64,000 nt of DNA, from the sequence record PZ026127.1, one strand, 5' to 3'. This DNA is from a phage. The translations under genes were made by a program, and so were the position numbers. The notes below the pieces were generated by a model. That model saw nothing but the letters and a program-made list of their open reading frames with translations. It was not told where the DNA came from and made no database searches. This document shows positions 26,214-36,563 of the stretch, in pieces. Every line of letters begins with the position of its first letter. Position 1 is the first letter of the stretch.

Positions 26214-26537
26214 ATGATTATGCAAGATAACAGTATAGTGAACACTGACAACCTGGCTCTATCCTTTATGGAAACAGCCATTCGTAACTGTAAGGACGAA
26301 GGAGTAGTGACTACAAGCGGTAAGGGACTTGAATACCTTAAGGCTGTAAAATCTATTGCCTTAAAGATTAAAGATAACCAGGCGCTCTCTCCTGTTGTCC
26401 AGGAAAAGGTTTTAGAGATAATGTATCGCCACAGAGAGCACAAAAGTACAATGGGTTCTATGAGAAGAATTCTGGCTGAACTAGGTTCTACCAGAGAATA
26501 TGTTCAACATGAGGTAGTTAAAAATGACAAACTTTAA
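26214..26537 (+). CDS. hypothetical protein
   Basis: 108 aa from ATG 26214 after GAGGTGAGAA. Confidence 0.45.
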   Translation: MIMQDNSIVNTDNLALSFMETAIRNCKDEGVVTTSGKGLEYLKAVKSIALKIKDNQALSPVVQEKVLEIMYRHREHKSTMGSMRRILAELGSTREYVQHEVVKNDKL

Positions 26538-26727
26538 AGTGAATATTGATTTGTTCGATAAAGCCGTCCATAAAGAATTCCGGTTAATCCAACGATTTTT
26601 TGATATCAATGCGGCTGAGGATTTTAAAGAACGCTTTAAAGAAATCAGATATAAAATACTCAACGACATCGCTACTAAGGACGAGCTCCTTGAAGTGGCA
26701 GACATTTTTAAACGTAACCTGAATTGA
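26524..26727 (+). CDS. small protein upstream of rIIA (rIIA.1 position)
   Basis: 67 aa ORF. Confidence 0.45.
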   Translation: MTNFKVNIDLFDKAVHKEFRLIQRFFDINAAEDFKERFKEIRYKILNDIATKDELLEVADIFKRNLN

Positions 26728-26734
26728 GAAAAAT

Positions 26735-28945
26735 ATGATTATTGAAACCGAAAAAGAACAAATCATTGGTAATGGTGCTAAGTCCACAGGCTTTACTATT
26801 CAGGCATCGCCTAAGGTCTTTAAAATTTTGTCATCAGACCTTTATAGTAATAAAGTACGTGCCGTAGTTCGTGAACTAATTACCAACATGATTGATGCCC
26901 ATATTCTAAATGGTAATAAAGAACGTTGGAAAGTACAGGTTCCTGGTAAACTAGACCCTCGCTTTGTATGTCGTGATTTCGGTCCGGGTATGAGTGATTT
27001 CCAAATTCGTGGTGATGAAAACGAAACAGGTTTGTACAACTCTTATTTCGCATCATCCAAAACGGCTTCTAACGATTTCATCGGTGGCTTTGGCCTTGGT
27101 TCAAAATCTCCGTTCAGTTATACCGAAACGTTTAATATCACCTCATGGCACAATGGCGAAGTTCGCGGTTATGTAGCATATATGGATGGTGATGGCCCGC
27201 AGATTAAACCTACTTTCGTAGAACCTATGCAGCCAGGTGATAAAACAGGTATCGAAATCACGGTTCCTGTTGATGAAGAAGATTTCCGTAAGTTTGAAAC
27301 TGAAGTTCGTTATATCATGCGGCCTTTCATTGGTCTTGGTGATGTAGACGGTGTTGAAGTTGATTATTTCCCTGAATTTGACGATTACCATCCTGTAACC
27401 ACTACAAATTATGGCAGCTTCGAACGTTCAGGACTTTATGCAGTTTATGGTGGTATTGTTTATCCATTGGATTCTGCCTATAATAAAGGCACATGGATGC
27501 GTACTCGCCATGATGTAGTTTATATTAAGTTCCCTATGGGTTCACTGGATATTGCTCCGTCTCGTGAAGTGTTGTCTCTTGATAAACGTACGATGGAAAA
27601 TATTGCAACCCGTATCGAAGCACTGGATGCAGTGGTCTTTAAAAACGATACACAGGAATGGGTTGAATCTGATAATCCACGCCATGTTTATCGTGACCTT
27701 TCTAACCTTGGTTACAGTGCTCGTGACTATCTTACCAAAAAAGGTGGAACTAGCCTGTTTACTACAGAAAAATTGACATATGAGAAATTATACCAGCGTT
27801 ATACCCTTCAAAACGACCTTATTAATTTAGGTGTGGTTTACGAAGTCGTTTCAGACCCACGTTTGAAACGAATTAAGTCAAGTGGTAATACTTCTTCGGT
27901 AGCAGGACTTAGTAATTTATTAGGCATTAATAAGAAAGAAATCCATGTTGTTTATGATGATGAAAAAGGTCGTGTGCCATTAGTTCGAGGTCTTTGGGCT
28001 CTGGCAATGGACAACAGTGCTTCGGCTAAGAAAATTGTTAAAGAGAACAATATTCCTAAATACGGAACTGACCTTATTTTTGTCGACCCAAATTCAATGT
28101 TGCAAATGCAACAACTTGAAAAGGTTAAAGAACTTTTTAAAGGTGACACAATTCATTTTTATAAAGTCTCTGAACTGAATAAAATTGTTAAGCCATGGAT
28201 TCCGGTTACTGTCCGTTCATCAGAACCGCGTCCTAAAACACCGAGTGCTTATCGTTGGTTCATTAAAGACGGGCGCTGGCAACAAGAGACCATGTATTTG
28301 ACTGCTGCCGAAGCAGAAGAAATTACAGGTTATGTTCTGTTTGGCAGTCGTTCTGATATTATGGGAATGGATGAAGCTTATGGTATCTTTGACATCAATA
28401 CCACTACCATGTGTCGTATGGCTAATTTGATTGGTGCTACCGAATTCCATATCATTCGCCCTCAGATTGCCAAAAAGATTAAAAAGTTAGGCCAATGCGA
28501 ATGCTTGATGGAAGCTACATTAGAAGCTTATGCTGAAGCCTTAGACGCGGTAGATGTTGATGACTACCTTGGTAGCAATACTCGAGCTCGGTATTACCTT
28601 GAAATCATTGCTAAGTTCCCTCAGCTTAATTTCATGACCAAGTATTTCAGTGATAAGCCGGTAACTGAAGCATATACTCGTCTGAGTAATTTCTATGATA
28701 TATTCCGTTATATGAATTTCCATGGTTATATCACTGATGATAAGCTTTCCGTTATCAAGAAAATTTGTAACAATACTTTTTTTAAGTTGACTGATAATGC
28801 TTCAAGCAACAATGATAAAATGACTGTACAGTTTGAATCTGATTACCATTTAGTTTCGGACTACATGTATCGTCGTGGAACATCCATTACCGAGGCTTCT
28901 GTAGCTCAAATTGTTAAATTCATGAAAGCCGTGGAAGCGGCTTAA
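26735..28945 (+). CDS. rIIA: RIIA lysis-inhibition/membrane integrity protein
   Basis: 736 aa; N-terminal GHKL-like segment; size and order as T4 rIIA. Confidence 0.9.
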   Translation: MIIETEKEQIIGNGAKSTGFTIQASPKVFKILSSDLYSNKVRAVVRELITNMIDAHILNGNKERWKVQVPGKLDPRFVCRDFGPGMSDFQIRGDENETGLYNSYFASSKTASNDFIGGFGLGSKSPFSYTETFNITSWHNGEVRGYVAYMDGDGPQIKPTFVEPMQPGDKTGIEITVPVDEEDFRKFETEVRYIMRPFIGLGDVDGVEVDYFPEFDDYHPVTTTNYGSFERSGLYAVYGGIVYPLDSAYNKGTWMRTRHDVVYIKFPMGSLDIAPSREVLSLDKRTMENIATRIEALDAVVFKNDTQEWVESDNPRHVYRDLSNLGYSARDYLTKKGGTSLFTTEKLTYEKLYQRYTLQNDLINLGVVYEVVSDPRLKRIKSSGNTSSVAGLSNLLGINKKEIHVVYDDEKGRVPLVRGLWALAMDNSASAKKIVKENNIPKYGTDLIFVDPNSMLQMQQLEKVKELFKGDTIHFYKVSELNKIVKPWIPVTVRSSEPRPKTPSAYRWFIKDGRWQQETMYLTAAEAEEITGYVLFGSRSDIMGMDEAYGIFDINTTTMCRMANLIGATEFHIIRPQIAKKIKKLGQCECLMEATLEAYAEALDAVDVDDYLGSNTRARYYLEIIAKFPQLNFMTKYFSDKPVTEAYTRLSNFYDIFRYMNFHGYITDDKLSVIKKICNNTFFKLTDNASSNNDKMTVQFESDYHLVSDYMYRRGTSITEASVAQIVKFMKAVEAA

Positions 28946-28959
28946 TCTAAGGAAATATT

Positions 28960-29928
28960 ATGTACAATATTAAGTGTTTGACCTCCGCTGAGCAAGTTGA
29001 AATCGTTAAGTTATATATTTCTGGTAATTATACTCAGAATGAGTTGGCTGACTGGTACAGTGTATCAGTTGATACAATCCGTAAAGTCCTGAAAAATGCT
29101 AAAGGAGCTGGACAGGCCCAGGTAGTTATTACCGGAAATATCAAAGTAACAGTTCCTAACGAGCCTAGTGAAGTTCCCGTTGAAGTTACTATTGGCGGCT
29201 CTCGCCCTGAAATTATCTGGAACGCGAGTTCTAAATTCGTATCCATCACTGAAGGTCGTACAGTATGGAACACCACTAATAAGAACAAACATTTTGATGC
29301 CATCGTACAGGCTCTTAAAGAATCTCGTTTCGATGACGCGATTAAACTGATTTCCATTAAAGAAGCCGTTAAGGCCTTTGTTAAAGGCAACGTTCGTATT
29401 GAAGGTGGACGTCTGGTTTACCAAGGCATTGAATTGCGTTCAGGGTTGATTGACCGTATTATCACTTCAATGGAAAACGGTGAAGACTTCGAATTCTACC
29501 TGCCGTTCCTTGAGAACCTGTTAGAAAACCCAAGCGAAAAAGCTGTACAACGTTTGTTCGACTTCTTGGTGGCAAACGACATCAAAATTACTGAAGATGG
29601 TCACTTTATTACGTGGAAGGTGGTTAACTCCGATTACACCGACTGCCGTACCGGTACGTTTGATAACTCGCCAGGCAAACCTGTTAAAATGCCTCGTTCA
29701 CGTGTGAATGATGACGACGAAGTAACTTGTTCAAGTGGTCTGCACGTTTGCTCTCGTAGTTATATCGGTCATTTTGGCAACTCAAGCTGTAAAGTAGTTT
29801 CATGTAAAGTTAACCCACGTGATGTTGTTAGTATTCCGGTCGATTACGGTGATGCTAAAATGCGTGTATGTTATTATGAAGTTCTGGAAGACGTCACCGA
29901 ACAGTTCGCAAACGAATACAAATACTAA
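28960..29928 (+). CDS. rIIB: RIIB protein
   Basis: 322 aa directly after rIIA. Confidence 0.9.
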   Translation: MYNIKCLTSAEQVEIVKLYISGNYTQNELADWYSVSVDTIRKVLKNAKGAGQAQVVITGNIKVTVPNEPSEVPVEVTIGGSRPEIIWNASSKFVSITEGRTVWNTTNKNKHFDAIVQALKESRFDDAIKLISIKEAVKAFVKGNVRIEGGRLVYQGIELRSGLIDRIITSMENGEDFEFYLPFLENLLENPSEKAVQRLFDFLVANDIKITEDGHFITWKVVNSDYTDCRTGTFDNSPGKPVKMPRSRVNDDDEVTCSSGLHVCSRSYIGHFGNSSCKVVSCKVNPRDVVSIPVDYGDAKMRVCYYEVLEDVTEQFANEYKY

Positions 29929-29965
29929 ATCAATAACGGAGGCTTCGGCCTCCTAATGAGGAATT

Positions 29966-30163
29966 ATGTTAGGTTACCAAGCACGTGTAGTTGAAGAATA
30001 CGACCAGTTAGTTCTTAAAATTAATGCACTAGAAACCTTTATTGAAGGTGGTGTTTTTGAAACTCTTGATATCCGTCAACAAGGGTTACTGATTGCCCAA
30101 CTGGACGCGATGGGTGCTTATGCTCATTGTTTAGAAGTTCGTATTTCTTATTTCGGTGAGTAA
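29966..30163 (+). CDS. hypothetical small protein
   Basis: 65 aa, RBS GAGGAA. Confidence 0.45.
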   Translation: MLGYQARVVEEYDQLVLKINALETFIEGGVFETLDIRQQGLLIAQLDAMGAYAHCLEVRISYFGE

Positions 30164-30164
30164 A

Positions 30165-30482
30165 ATGATTAATTATATGAATGTTGGCGACGAAGATATC
30201 AAAAATTCATATCTCCAAGGTAACCATGTGGTAGATAAGGTTTATTGTGTAGATGTAATCAAATCCGATAAAGCCACGGGCCATCTTTTCGCCGCAGACG
30301 TGATTTTTGATTCAATTGAAAACCTTAAAAAATTAGACCACAGTAAATTGAGTGAAAACTCTCGTATCTATTTTGGTAATGTTCACGTCGAAGAATTGTA
30401 TATTGGTGGTGATTATGAATCCGTCAAATCCGGGACTAGTTCGACTGTCGAAGATGCCGACATTTACCCTGAAGACATCTGA
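30165..30482 (+). CDS. hypothetical protein
   Basis: 105 aa from ATG 30165. Confidence 0.45.
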   Translation: MINYMNVGDEDIKNSYLQGNHVVDKVYCVDVIKSDKATGHLFAADVIFDSIENLKKLDHSKLSENSRIYFGNVHVEELYIGGDYESVKSGTSSTVEDADIYPEDI

Positions 30483-30495
30483 TTTAACAGGTGAA

Positions 30496-30972
30496 ATGAA
30501 GGTCAAGATTAAGGACACCGTATTGTATTCCTTAAGCCAAGACCCGTCCCAAGATAAGAAAGAAGTATTGACTCGGTGTGTCATTGCAACGTATGCCGAG
30601 TATATGGTGGCTGATTGGTTGAAAGGATACGTTAACAGTGGTCTGGAAGACCATGATGACCCTTATACCTATGCCTGGGATGTTTTAGCGCATCCTATGT
30701 ACTGTGGACTTCGTGTAGAGGTTAAGACCCACCAATCAGATTCTAAGTGGATTTCCTGCACTACAGGATACTCTGGTGACTTCCCGTATGGAACAGGGAT
30801 TAACCTGGGACCGCTCCTGAATCATAAAGTTGCAGACTGTATAATTATATTCGACACTTCAGTAAATGAGGCAGGCGACGTCCTGTTCACTCCTAAGTTC
30901 TCTGGTGACAGAGAAGCCATCACAAAGCTAGTCCGTAAGAGTAATTACAACGGCTGGTATCTCGCCTTATAA
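30496..30972 (+). CDS. PD-(D/E)xK-type nuclease candidate at the denB (endonuclease IV) position
   Basis: ATG 30496 after AGGTGA; D ... EVK motif (WDVLAH ... RVEVKT); lies between rIIB and ndd. Confidence 0.45.
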   Translation: MKVKIKDTVLYSLSQDPSQDKKEVLTRCVIATYAEYMVADWLKGYVNSGLEDHDDPYTYAWDVLAHPMYCGLRVEVKTHQSDSKWISCTTGYSGDFPYGTGINLGPLLNHKVADCIIIFDTSVNEAGDVLFTPKFSGDREAITKLVRKSNYNGWYLAL

Positions 30973-31044
30973 ATTTTTAAAATAGTATTTACATACGCCA
31001 TGGATGGTGTTACTATCTTCCTATCAACTAATGAGGAGAACAAA

Positions 31045-31311
31045 ATGGATATCAAATTATATTACGCTAAACACAAAGTTACAGGTATGGTTGTTGCCGC
31101 TATGTATGATGCATCAGGTGAAGGTGGTGATGTTACTACAGAGTTATCTCTTTCTGAATGTAAATTTCTCCGTCCCTTAATCGCATCAAAGGAAGATTTA
31201 GAAAAGCTTATTGATGGAAAACTGGATAATGTTGACGGCATAGATATTCTTTATGACCTCCGCACGGCATTGTACAGGGGATTGATTGAGATAAAAGAGG
31301 TGGTGTTTTGA
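31045..31311 (+). CDS. hypothetical small protein
   Basis: 88 aa from ATG 31045 after GAGGAGAA. Confidence 0.45.
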   Translation: MDIKLYYAKHKVTGMVVAAMYDASGEGGDVTTELSLSECKFLRPLIASKEDLEKLIDGKLDNVDGIDILYDLRTALYRGLIEIKEVVF

Positions 31312-31578
31312 GTAGCAAAATGTGGTGCCTTATTTGGATGGCCTGTATCCCAGTGATTTGCGTATGTTTTAGTTTATTGTTGTGGAAATTGGCATAAATC
31401 AGTATACATCTCCATTAATCATGATATTATAGACCTATCAACTAATGGAGATGATTATGAAAAACTTACTTAAAGCAATTTGGAACATGTTTGTGTTGTT
31501 AATGGTATTGAGCATTTTCCCAATCGTTTTTATGATTGACCATGTACGTGTATTCTTTAACTTCTGAGGAAAATATTA

Positions 31579-31790
31579 TGAAACTTTTTAAAGATGTGGT
31601 AGTCGGCGAGAGCTTTGTATTGCATAATGGCCAACAACTGATTCGCATTTCTCCTTTGCAAGTTGGGACTGAATTACAACCTGTTAATGCTACAGACCTT
31701 TATGATTCAACTAAGCGTTTTTGTGTAGGCCCTAGTGTGCAATGCCTTACTGTTGATGAACTGATGGCTATTTCTGTTGACGCTGAATAA
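31579..31790 (+). CDS. hypothetical small protein
   Basis: 70 aa from ATG 31579 after GAGGAAAA. Confidence 0.45.
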
Positions 31791-31800
31791 GGAAAATATT

Positions 31801-32145
31801 ATGTCTAAATTATTTTTTGGTAATCGCAACATTATGTTCTTTAAACAGATTAGCATGTCAGAAACATTTGATTTAAGTTATTCAGGCGACACAAAAGCTG
31901 TTAACCTTAAAAATTTAGCGTCTGCAGAATTTGCATTCTATCAGGACCCTGAAACTGGTTTCTACAAATTTATTAAGTTCCGCATGACTATGGACCGCGA
32001 TTATCGTGACGTTTATTATACAAGTTATGAAAGTGTTATCAATGCAATTCGTGAAGCTTATGGATTGGATTCGTTATCTCTTGACCGCCTGTATAATGCA
32101 AGCCTTTACACCAGCGGATTTATTTTAGAACAGCTACAAAAATAG
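31801..32145 (+). CDS. hypothetical protein
   Basis: 114 aa from ATG 31801 after GGAAAA. Confidence 0.45.
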   Translation: MSKLFFGNRNIMFFKQISMSETFDLSYSGDTKAVNLKNLASAEFAFYQDPETGFYKFIKFRMTMDRDYRDVYYTSYESVINAIREAYGLDSLSLDRLYNASLYTSGFILEQLQK

Positions 32146-32173
32146 TTTACAACCTCGAGAATCATGTTATAAT
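32145..32173 (+). promoter_or_regulatory. early promoter with inverted repeat flanking -10
   Basis: GTTTAC, TGTTATAAT; GAGAATCAT / ATGGTTCTC flank the -10. Confidence 0.5.
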
Positions 32174-32222
32174 GGTTCTCGTTGACTGGATAACAAACCA
32201 TTAATCTACTGAGGAAATTGAT

Positions 32223-32672
32223 ATGAATACTTATATGACTCGCCGTAACGTTCTGTCTGCTGGTGCTACTACTGTTGCTTATGTTAAGAACGGTGAATAC
32301 CAAAATGGTAAACCTTCTAAAGAAATCTCTGCTCAGCCAGGCTTCTACTTCTTTGTTAAAGGTGGAGCTGATTCTCGTGTCGTAGCGGCTCGTTTTTATG
32401 TCGGTAATCAACGTTCGGCCCAAGGGCTCGACGGTATCGTGGCTAACATTCGTAAGAAACGTTCTCAATCAGCTCGCACTATGGCAGTGAACGGTGTTGT
32501 GTATGAAGTTCTTTATGTACCGGCTTCTAAGATGAAACCTCTGACTACCGGTTTTGGTAAGGGTCAAATTGCAATGGCTTTCACTCGCAATCATAGTTCC
32601 GACCTCCAGACACTGGAAGAAATGAACCGTATGTTGGCTGATAACTTTAAATTCATCCTGCAGGCTTACTAA
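32223..32672 (+). CDS. ndd: nucleoid disruption protein Ndd
   Basis: 149 aa; C-terminal half ([10 protein letters not shown] ... [14 protein letters not shown]) nearly identical to T4 Ndd. Confidence 0.9.
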   Translation: MNTYMTRRNVLSAGATTVAYVKNGEYQNGKPSKEISAQPGFYFFVKGGADSRVVAARFYVGNQRSAQGLDGIVANIRKKRSQSARTMAVNGVVYEVLYVPASKMKPLTTGFGKGQIAMAFTRNHSSDLQTLEEMNRMLADNFKFILQAY

Positions 32673-32845
32673 TGAAATCTCTATTTGTAATGGGTTACCT
32701 ATTAGTTTTAGCCTTATTCACATCGACCGGAGCCTTTATGGCTTTAGGTCTACCTCTTAATGATAATGTGGCTGTCGTTATGTGTGTAGGTGGTGGATTT
32801 ATTTGTTTTGAACGTTTATGCAAAATGTGTGGTGTGTATGAGTAA
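32672..32845 (+). CDS. small hydrophobic peptide
   Basis: 57 aa membrane-like ORF overlapping ndd stop (TAATG). Confidence 0.35.
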
Positions 32846-32925
32846 TTTCCATAACGAACATGTGATGCAGTTCTATCGTAACAATCTTAAAACTAAAGGC
32901 GTCTTCGGACGCTAATGAGGAAAAT

Positions 32926-33087
32926 ATGGTTATCCTAGTTTTTATTGAACTTATTATGGCTATAGTCTGTTCAGTTTGCTTCTTTTTAGGTGTGTGGACC
33001 CCTGGTCCAATATTCTTAAGTTTTCTGCTTATTGGCTGGGTTCTTTCTACTTCTGTCGGTTTACTTAAGACGATTAAAAATGATTAA
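32926..33087 (+). CDS. small hydrophobic peptide
   Basis: 53 aa, RBS GAGGAAAA. Confidence 0.35.
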   Translation: MVILVFIELIMAIVCSVCFFLGVWTPGPIFLSFLLIGWVLSTSVGLLKTIKND

Positions 33088-33220
33088 TAAAATCTTGGGC
33101 TACTCGTTAGCCCTTGCTGCTTTATTAGTAGCGCTGTATTATGGAGTAATGTTCGGACTTATCCAAGTTGTGCTTTTTATTTCCGATGTTATTATGGCTA
33201 TTCATTCACTAGTATGGTAA
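33080..33220 (+). CDS. small hydrophobic peptide
   Basis: 46 aa transmembrane-like ORF. Confidence 0.35.
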   Translation: MINKILGYSLALAALLVALYYGVMFGLIQVVLFISDVIMAIHSLVW

Positions 33221-33224
33221 AATT

Positions 33225-34553
33225 ATGGAATTAACATCTCGTGGTTTAAAAAGTATTATCGACAACGAAGCATTGGCTTATGCAATGTATACTGTCGAAA
33301 ACCGAGCCATTCCAAATATGATTGATGGCTTTAAACCTGTACAACGTTTTGTAGTTGCTCGTTGTCTTGATATGGCTCGTGGTAATAAAGAAAAATTCCA
33401 CAAACTAGCTTCTATTGCAGGTGGCGTAGCCGACCTTGGATATCACCACGGTGAAGGTTCTGCTCAGGAAGCTGGCGCTTTGATGGCTAACACGTGGAAT
33501 AACAACTATCCACTGTTAGATGGTCAGGGTAACTTTGGTTCCCGATTGGTTCAAAAAGCTGCGGCCTCTCGTTATATCTTTGCACGCATTGGAAGTAACT
33601 TTGCAAAAGTTTATAAGGACACAGAATATGCTCCGGTTCATGCTGATGTCGAACATAAGCCACCGGCTTTTTATCTGCCTATTATTCCTACTGTTCTTCT
33701 TAATGGCGTTTCCGGTATTGCAACTGGTTATGCAACTAATATTCTTCCTCATAGTTTTGATTCTGTTAAGAAAGCTGTATTGCAAGTTCTTCAGGAAAAA
33801 CGAGTAACCAAACCTAAAGTGGCTTATCCTGAATTCCGCGGTGATGTTGTTGAGATTGAACCAGGTAGTTATGAGATTCGTGGAACGTATAAGTTCACGT
33901 CTCGAACCCAAATGCATATCACAGAAATCCCATACAAATACGACCGTGAAACATATGTGGCCAAGATATTAGACCCTCTGGAAGAAAAAGGGTATATCAC
34001 ATATGATGATGACTGTGACGAGAACGGTTTCGGCTTCAAGGTTAAGATTCGTAAAGAATACGAATTGCCTACTGATGAAGATAAGAAGCATGAAAAAATC
34101 ATGAAGGACTTCGGGTTAATCGAACGTCGTTCACAAAACCTGACCGTCATTAATGAGAAAGGTAAACTTAAGGTTTACGAAGATGCAGTTGAACTGATTC
34201 GTGATTTCGTTGAGGTCCGTAAGACCTTTGTACAGAAACGTATTGATGGTAAAATCATCGAAACTGAAGAAGCTTTCAAACTGGCATTGGCTAAAGCCAC
34301 ATTTATCAAAGATGTTATTGATGGTGTAGTGGTTATCCAAGGTAAGACTCGTAAGGTTTTAACCGAAGAATTGGCCGGTAATAAAGTCTATGGCGAATAT
34401 GCCGATAAACTAGTGGCCATGAACATTTTCCATATCACTTCTGATGAAGCTAAGAAACTGGCTTTGGAAGCCAAGGCTAAGAAAGAAGAGCATCAATATT
34501 GGAAAACCACTGATGTGGTAACTGAGTATGTTAAAGATTTGGAGGCTCTATGA
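33225..34553 (+). CDS. 52: DNA topoisomerase II medium subunit (GyrA-like)
   Basis: 442 aa; N-terminus with NMIDGFKPVQRF and catalytic-Tyr region. Confidence 0.9.
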   Translation: MELTSRGLKSIIDNEALAYAMYTVENRAIPNMIDGFKPVQRFVVARCLDMARGNKEKFHKLASIAGGVADLGYHHGEGSAQEAGALMANTWNNNYPLLDGQGNFGSRLVQKAAASRYIFARIGSNFAKVYKDTEYAPVHADVEHKPPAFYLPIIPTVLLNGVSGIATGYATNILPHSFDSVKKAVLQVLQEKRVTKPKVAYPEFRGDVVEIEPGSYEIRGTYKFTSRTQMHITEIPYKYDRETYVAKILDPLEEKGYITYDDDCDENGFGFKVKIRKEYELPTDEDKKHEKIMKDFGLIERRSQNLTVINEKGKLKVYEDAVELIRDFVEVRKTFVQKRIDGKIIETEEAFKLALAKATFIKDVIDGVVVIQGKTRKVLTEELAGNKVYGEYADKLVAMNIFHITSDEAKKLALEAKAKKEEHQYWKTTDVVTEYVKDLEAL

Positions 34554-34653
34554 GCCTTGGAGTCGAGTTCTTGTTACTCTGTATCTTTGCTGTTATCCTA
34601 GGCCTGGCGACAGGCTTAGCTATAGGTTTAATAGCAGCCCACTTTAAAAAGTA
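34549..34653 (+). CDS. small hydrophobic peptide
   Basis: 34 aa transmembrane ORF coupled to gene 52 stop. Confidence 0.3.
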
Positions 34654-34655
34654 AG

Positions 34656-34682
34656 GAACCTTCGGGTTCCTTTTTTTGGGTT
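34656..34682 (+). terminator. intrinsic terminator (GGAACC-UUCG-GGUUCC plus U tract)
   Basis: ggaaccttcgggttcc ttttttt. Confidence 0.8.
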
Positions 34683-34696
34683 TAGTGCAAAAAAGT

Positions 34697-34736
34697 GTTT
34701 ACATCTGCTTTAAACATGATACTATAGACCTATCAA
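34697..34736 (+). promoter_or_regulatory. early promoter
   Basis: GTTTAC ... CATGATACTATAGACCTATCAA cassette. Confidence 0.5.
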
Positions 34737-34763
34737 ATAAATGAACTGAAACGGAGATACAAA

Positions 34764-35399
34764 ATGTCTAAAATTACTTATATCATCAAAGCTTCTGAAG
34801 ACGTCCTGAATGAAAAAACTGCTTCGATCTTAGTACATATCATCAAGCATAACTTCATCACTTCAGGCGAAGTCCGTGAAGCCCTGAGTGAGCAATTTAG
34901 TGCAGCAGTGGTTAACTCTAACATCGGTGTATTGATTAAGAAAGGATTCATCGAAAAATCTGGTGACGGTTTAGTGGCTACAGGTGAAGCAATGGACCTG
35001 GTTCAAAAAGCTGCCGACCTGTTCGCTTCTGAAAATGCTCCAGAGATGTTGGAAAAACGTAAAACGCGTAGTTCACGTGGTGTTACTCCTGAAATGGTAA
35101 CACTGGCTGATGAAGTTAAAGCTTTATTAGAAGACCGTATCGAGATTCGTGAAATTGCTGAAAACCGTAGCAACCTTGAAGTTCGATTCGCTAAACGTAC
35201 CAATGGTATTCGTCAAATTGAAGTCCGTCGTGATGGAATGATGCGTATCTTCGGTTATAATATGACTGATAAAGAAAAACAAGTGTTTACTTCCTTGAAT
35301 CTTGATGTTAAGATTAAGACTGGTGGTAAGAATACTTATATCGACTTCCAAAACGTATCATCTGAAGTTATCAAAACCGTAACCAACGCAATTATCTGA
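34764..35399 (+). CDS. motA: MotA middle-transcription activator
   Basis: 211 aa; N-terminus MSKITYIIKAS and VVNSNIGVLIKKG closely match T4 MotA. Confidence 0.9.
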   Translation: MSKITYIIKASEDVLNEKTASILVHIIKHNFITSGEVREALSEQFSAAVVNSNIGVLIKKGFIEKSGDGLVATGEAMDLVQKAADLFASENAPEMLEKRKTRSSRGVTPEMVTLADEVKALLEDRIEIREIAENRSNLEVRFAKRTNGIRQIEVRRDGMMRIFGYNMTDKEKQVFTSLNLDVKIKTGGKNTYIDFQNVSSEVIKTVTNAII

Positions 35400-35413
35400 C
35401 TGAGGAAATTATT

Positions 35414-35743
35414 ATGAACAAGCTGAATATTGTTAATGAACTTCGTCGTTGTGCAGAACCTACTCAAGAAGGTTGGGATATTTGGTACCACGGTGCTTAC
35501 CTCGGCACTATTGTTAAGATTAAAGCAGGTAAATACTTAATCATCCGTGGTGGTTCTGAAGCTTCTATGGGTATTCGCAAAAACTTTATGGCAGCAATCA
35601 GCACCTTTGTTCCGGCGGCCTACGAAGTTTATAAAGCGGACTACAAAGAATACCAGGAATCACAGCCGGTTATTCGTTCAATTGGTGTTAATAAAGCTCA
35701 ACAGAAAACTTTATGGCAACGTGTTAAAGGATGGTTCAAATGA
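35414..35743 (+). CDS. hypothetical protein
   Basis: 109 aa, RBS GAGGAAA. Confidence 0.5.
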   Translation: MNKLNIVNELRRCAEPTQEGWDIWYHGAYLGTIVKIKAGKYLIIRGGSEASMGIRKNFMAAISTFVPAAYEVYKADYKEYQESQPVIRSIGVNKAQQKTLWQRVKGWFK

Positions 35744-36078
35744 TTCCGATGGAACTTGACTGGGACGGCGAAGGCCATTCCCTTAAATTAATCGAAGAGC
35801 AGCGTAATGATTGGGACGAGCGTGTAGCTCTGGTAAACGGTATTAAGAAAATTTATCAACTCAATCTCCAGATTGATAACGTTCATCTTGAATTTGGTAT
35901 GCAGTTATTACGATTTCTTGAGATTATTTTTATTGAAAAGGTAAATATAACTTCGTATGGCGAGGGCCAAACAGTTGATATTAAATTATCATCCTATTAT
36001 AAAGGTGATTTAATTGAAACTGCCACCAAAATTCAAGAATTTGCTAAAGATAATGGCCATAAGGTGATTTTCAAATGA
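35731..36078 (+). CDS. hypothetical protein
   Basis: 115 aa, coupled start. Confidence 0.45.
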   Translation: MVQMIPMELDWDGEGHSLKLIEEQRNDWDERVALVNGIKKIYQLNLQIDNVHLEFGMQLLRFLEIIFIEKVNITSYGEGQTVDIKLSSYYKGDLIETATKIQEFAKDNGHKVIFK

Positions 36079-36563
36079 ATCCATTAAAAGCTAAAGAATT
36101 ATCCTTTAAACACCGTCTGGCTTTATTAGATAAAGCACTTTCTCGTGAGACGCCCGAAAGTCTAGCAGCTAAATTACAGGCCTATGGCGACTACACCGAA
36201 TATACGGAAGAGGATGTTCTGGAAGAGGTTCCTGAAATCTGTTGGCAGATTGCTCATTGGAACAACAATGAAAAATATCAGCGTCGGATTGTGTGTGCAG
36301 CCAACCGCTTTAAGTTAAAAGACGGTGGGACTCTGGTTATTCCTGGTGCTCGTCATTATTCTAAAGATATGGCTGAAGTTCTCGACCAGGTAAGTGATAA
36401 ACTTGTATCAGACCATGTTTGTGGTGATGACCAAGGATTTATTGACCAATATTCAAACTATTGGACTCGCGAAGAAGCAATGATTATTGCAACTTATGCT
36501 AATCAAGTTCGTATTGAACGTGGCGGTAGTGAAAAAGAACTTTACTCTGAGGACCTTTACTAA
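36075..36563 (+). CDS. hypothetical protein
   Basis: 162 aa, ATGA coupling. Confidence 0.5.
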   Translation: MNPLKAKELSFKHRLALLDKALSRETPESLAAKLQAYGDYTEYTEEDVLEEVPEICWQIAHWNNNEKYQRRIVCAANRFKLKDGGTLVIPGARHYSKDMAEVLDQVSDKLVSDHVCGDDQGFIDQYSNYWTREEAMIIATYANQVRIERGGSEKELYSEDLY

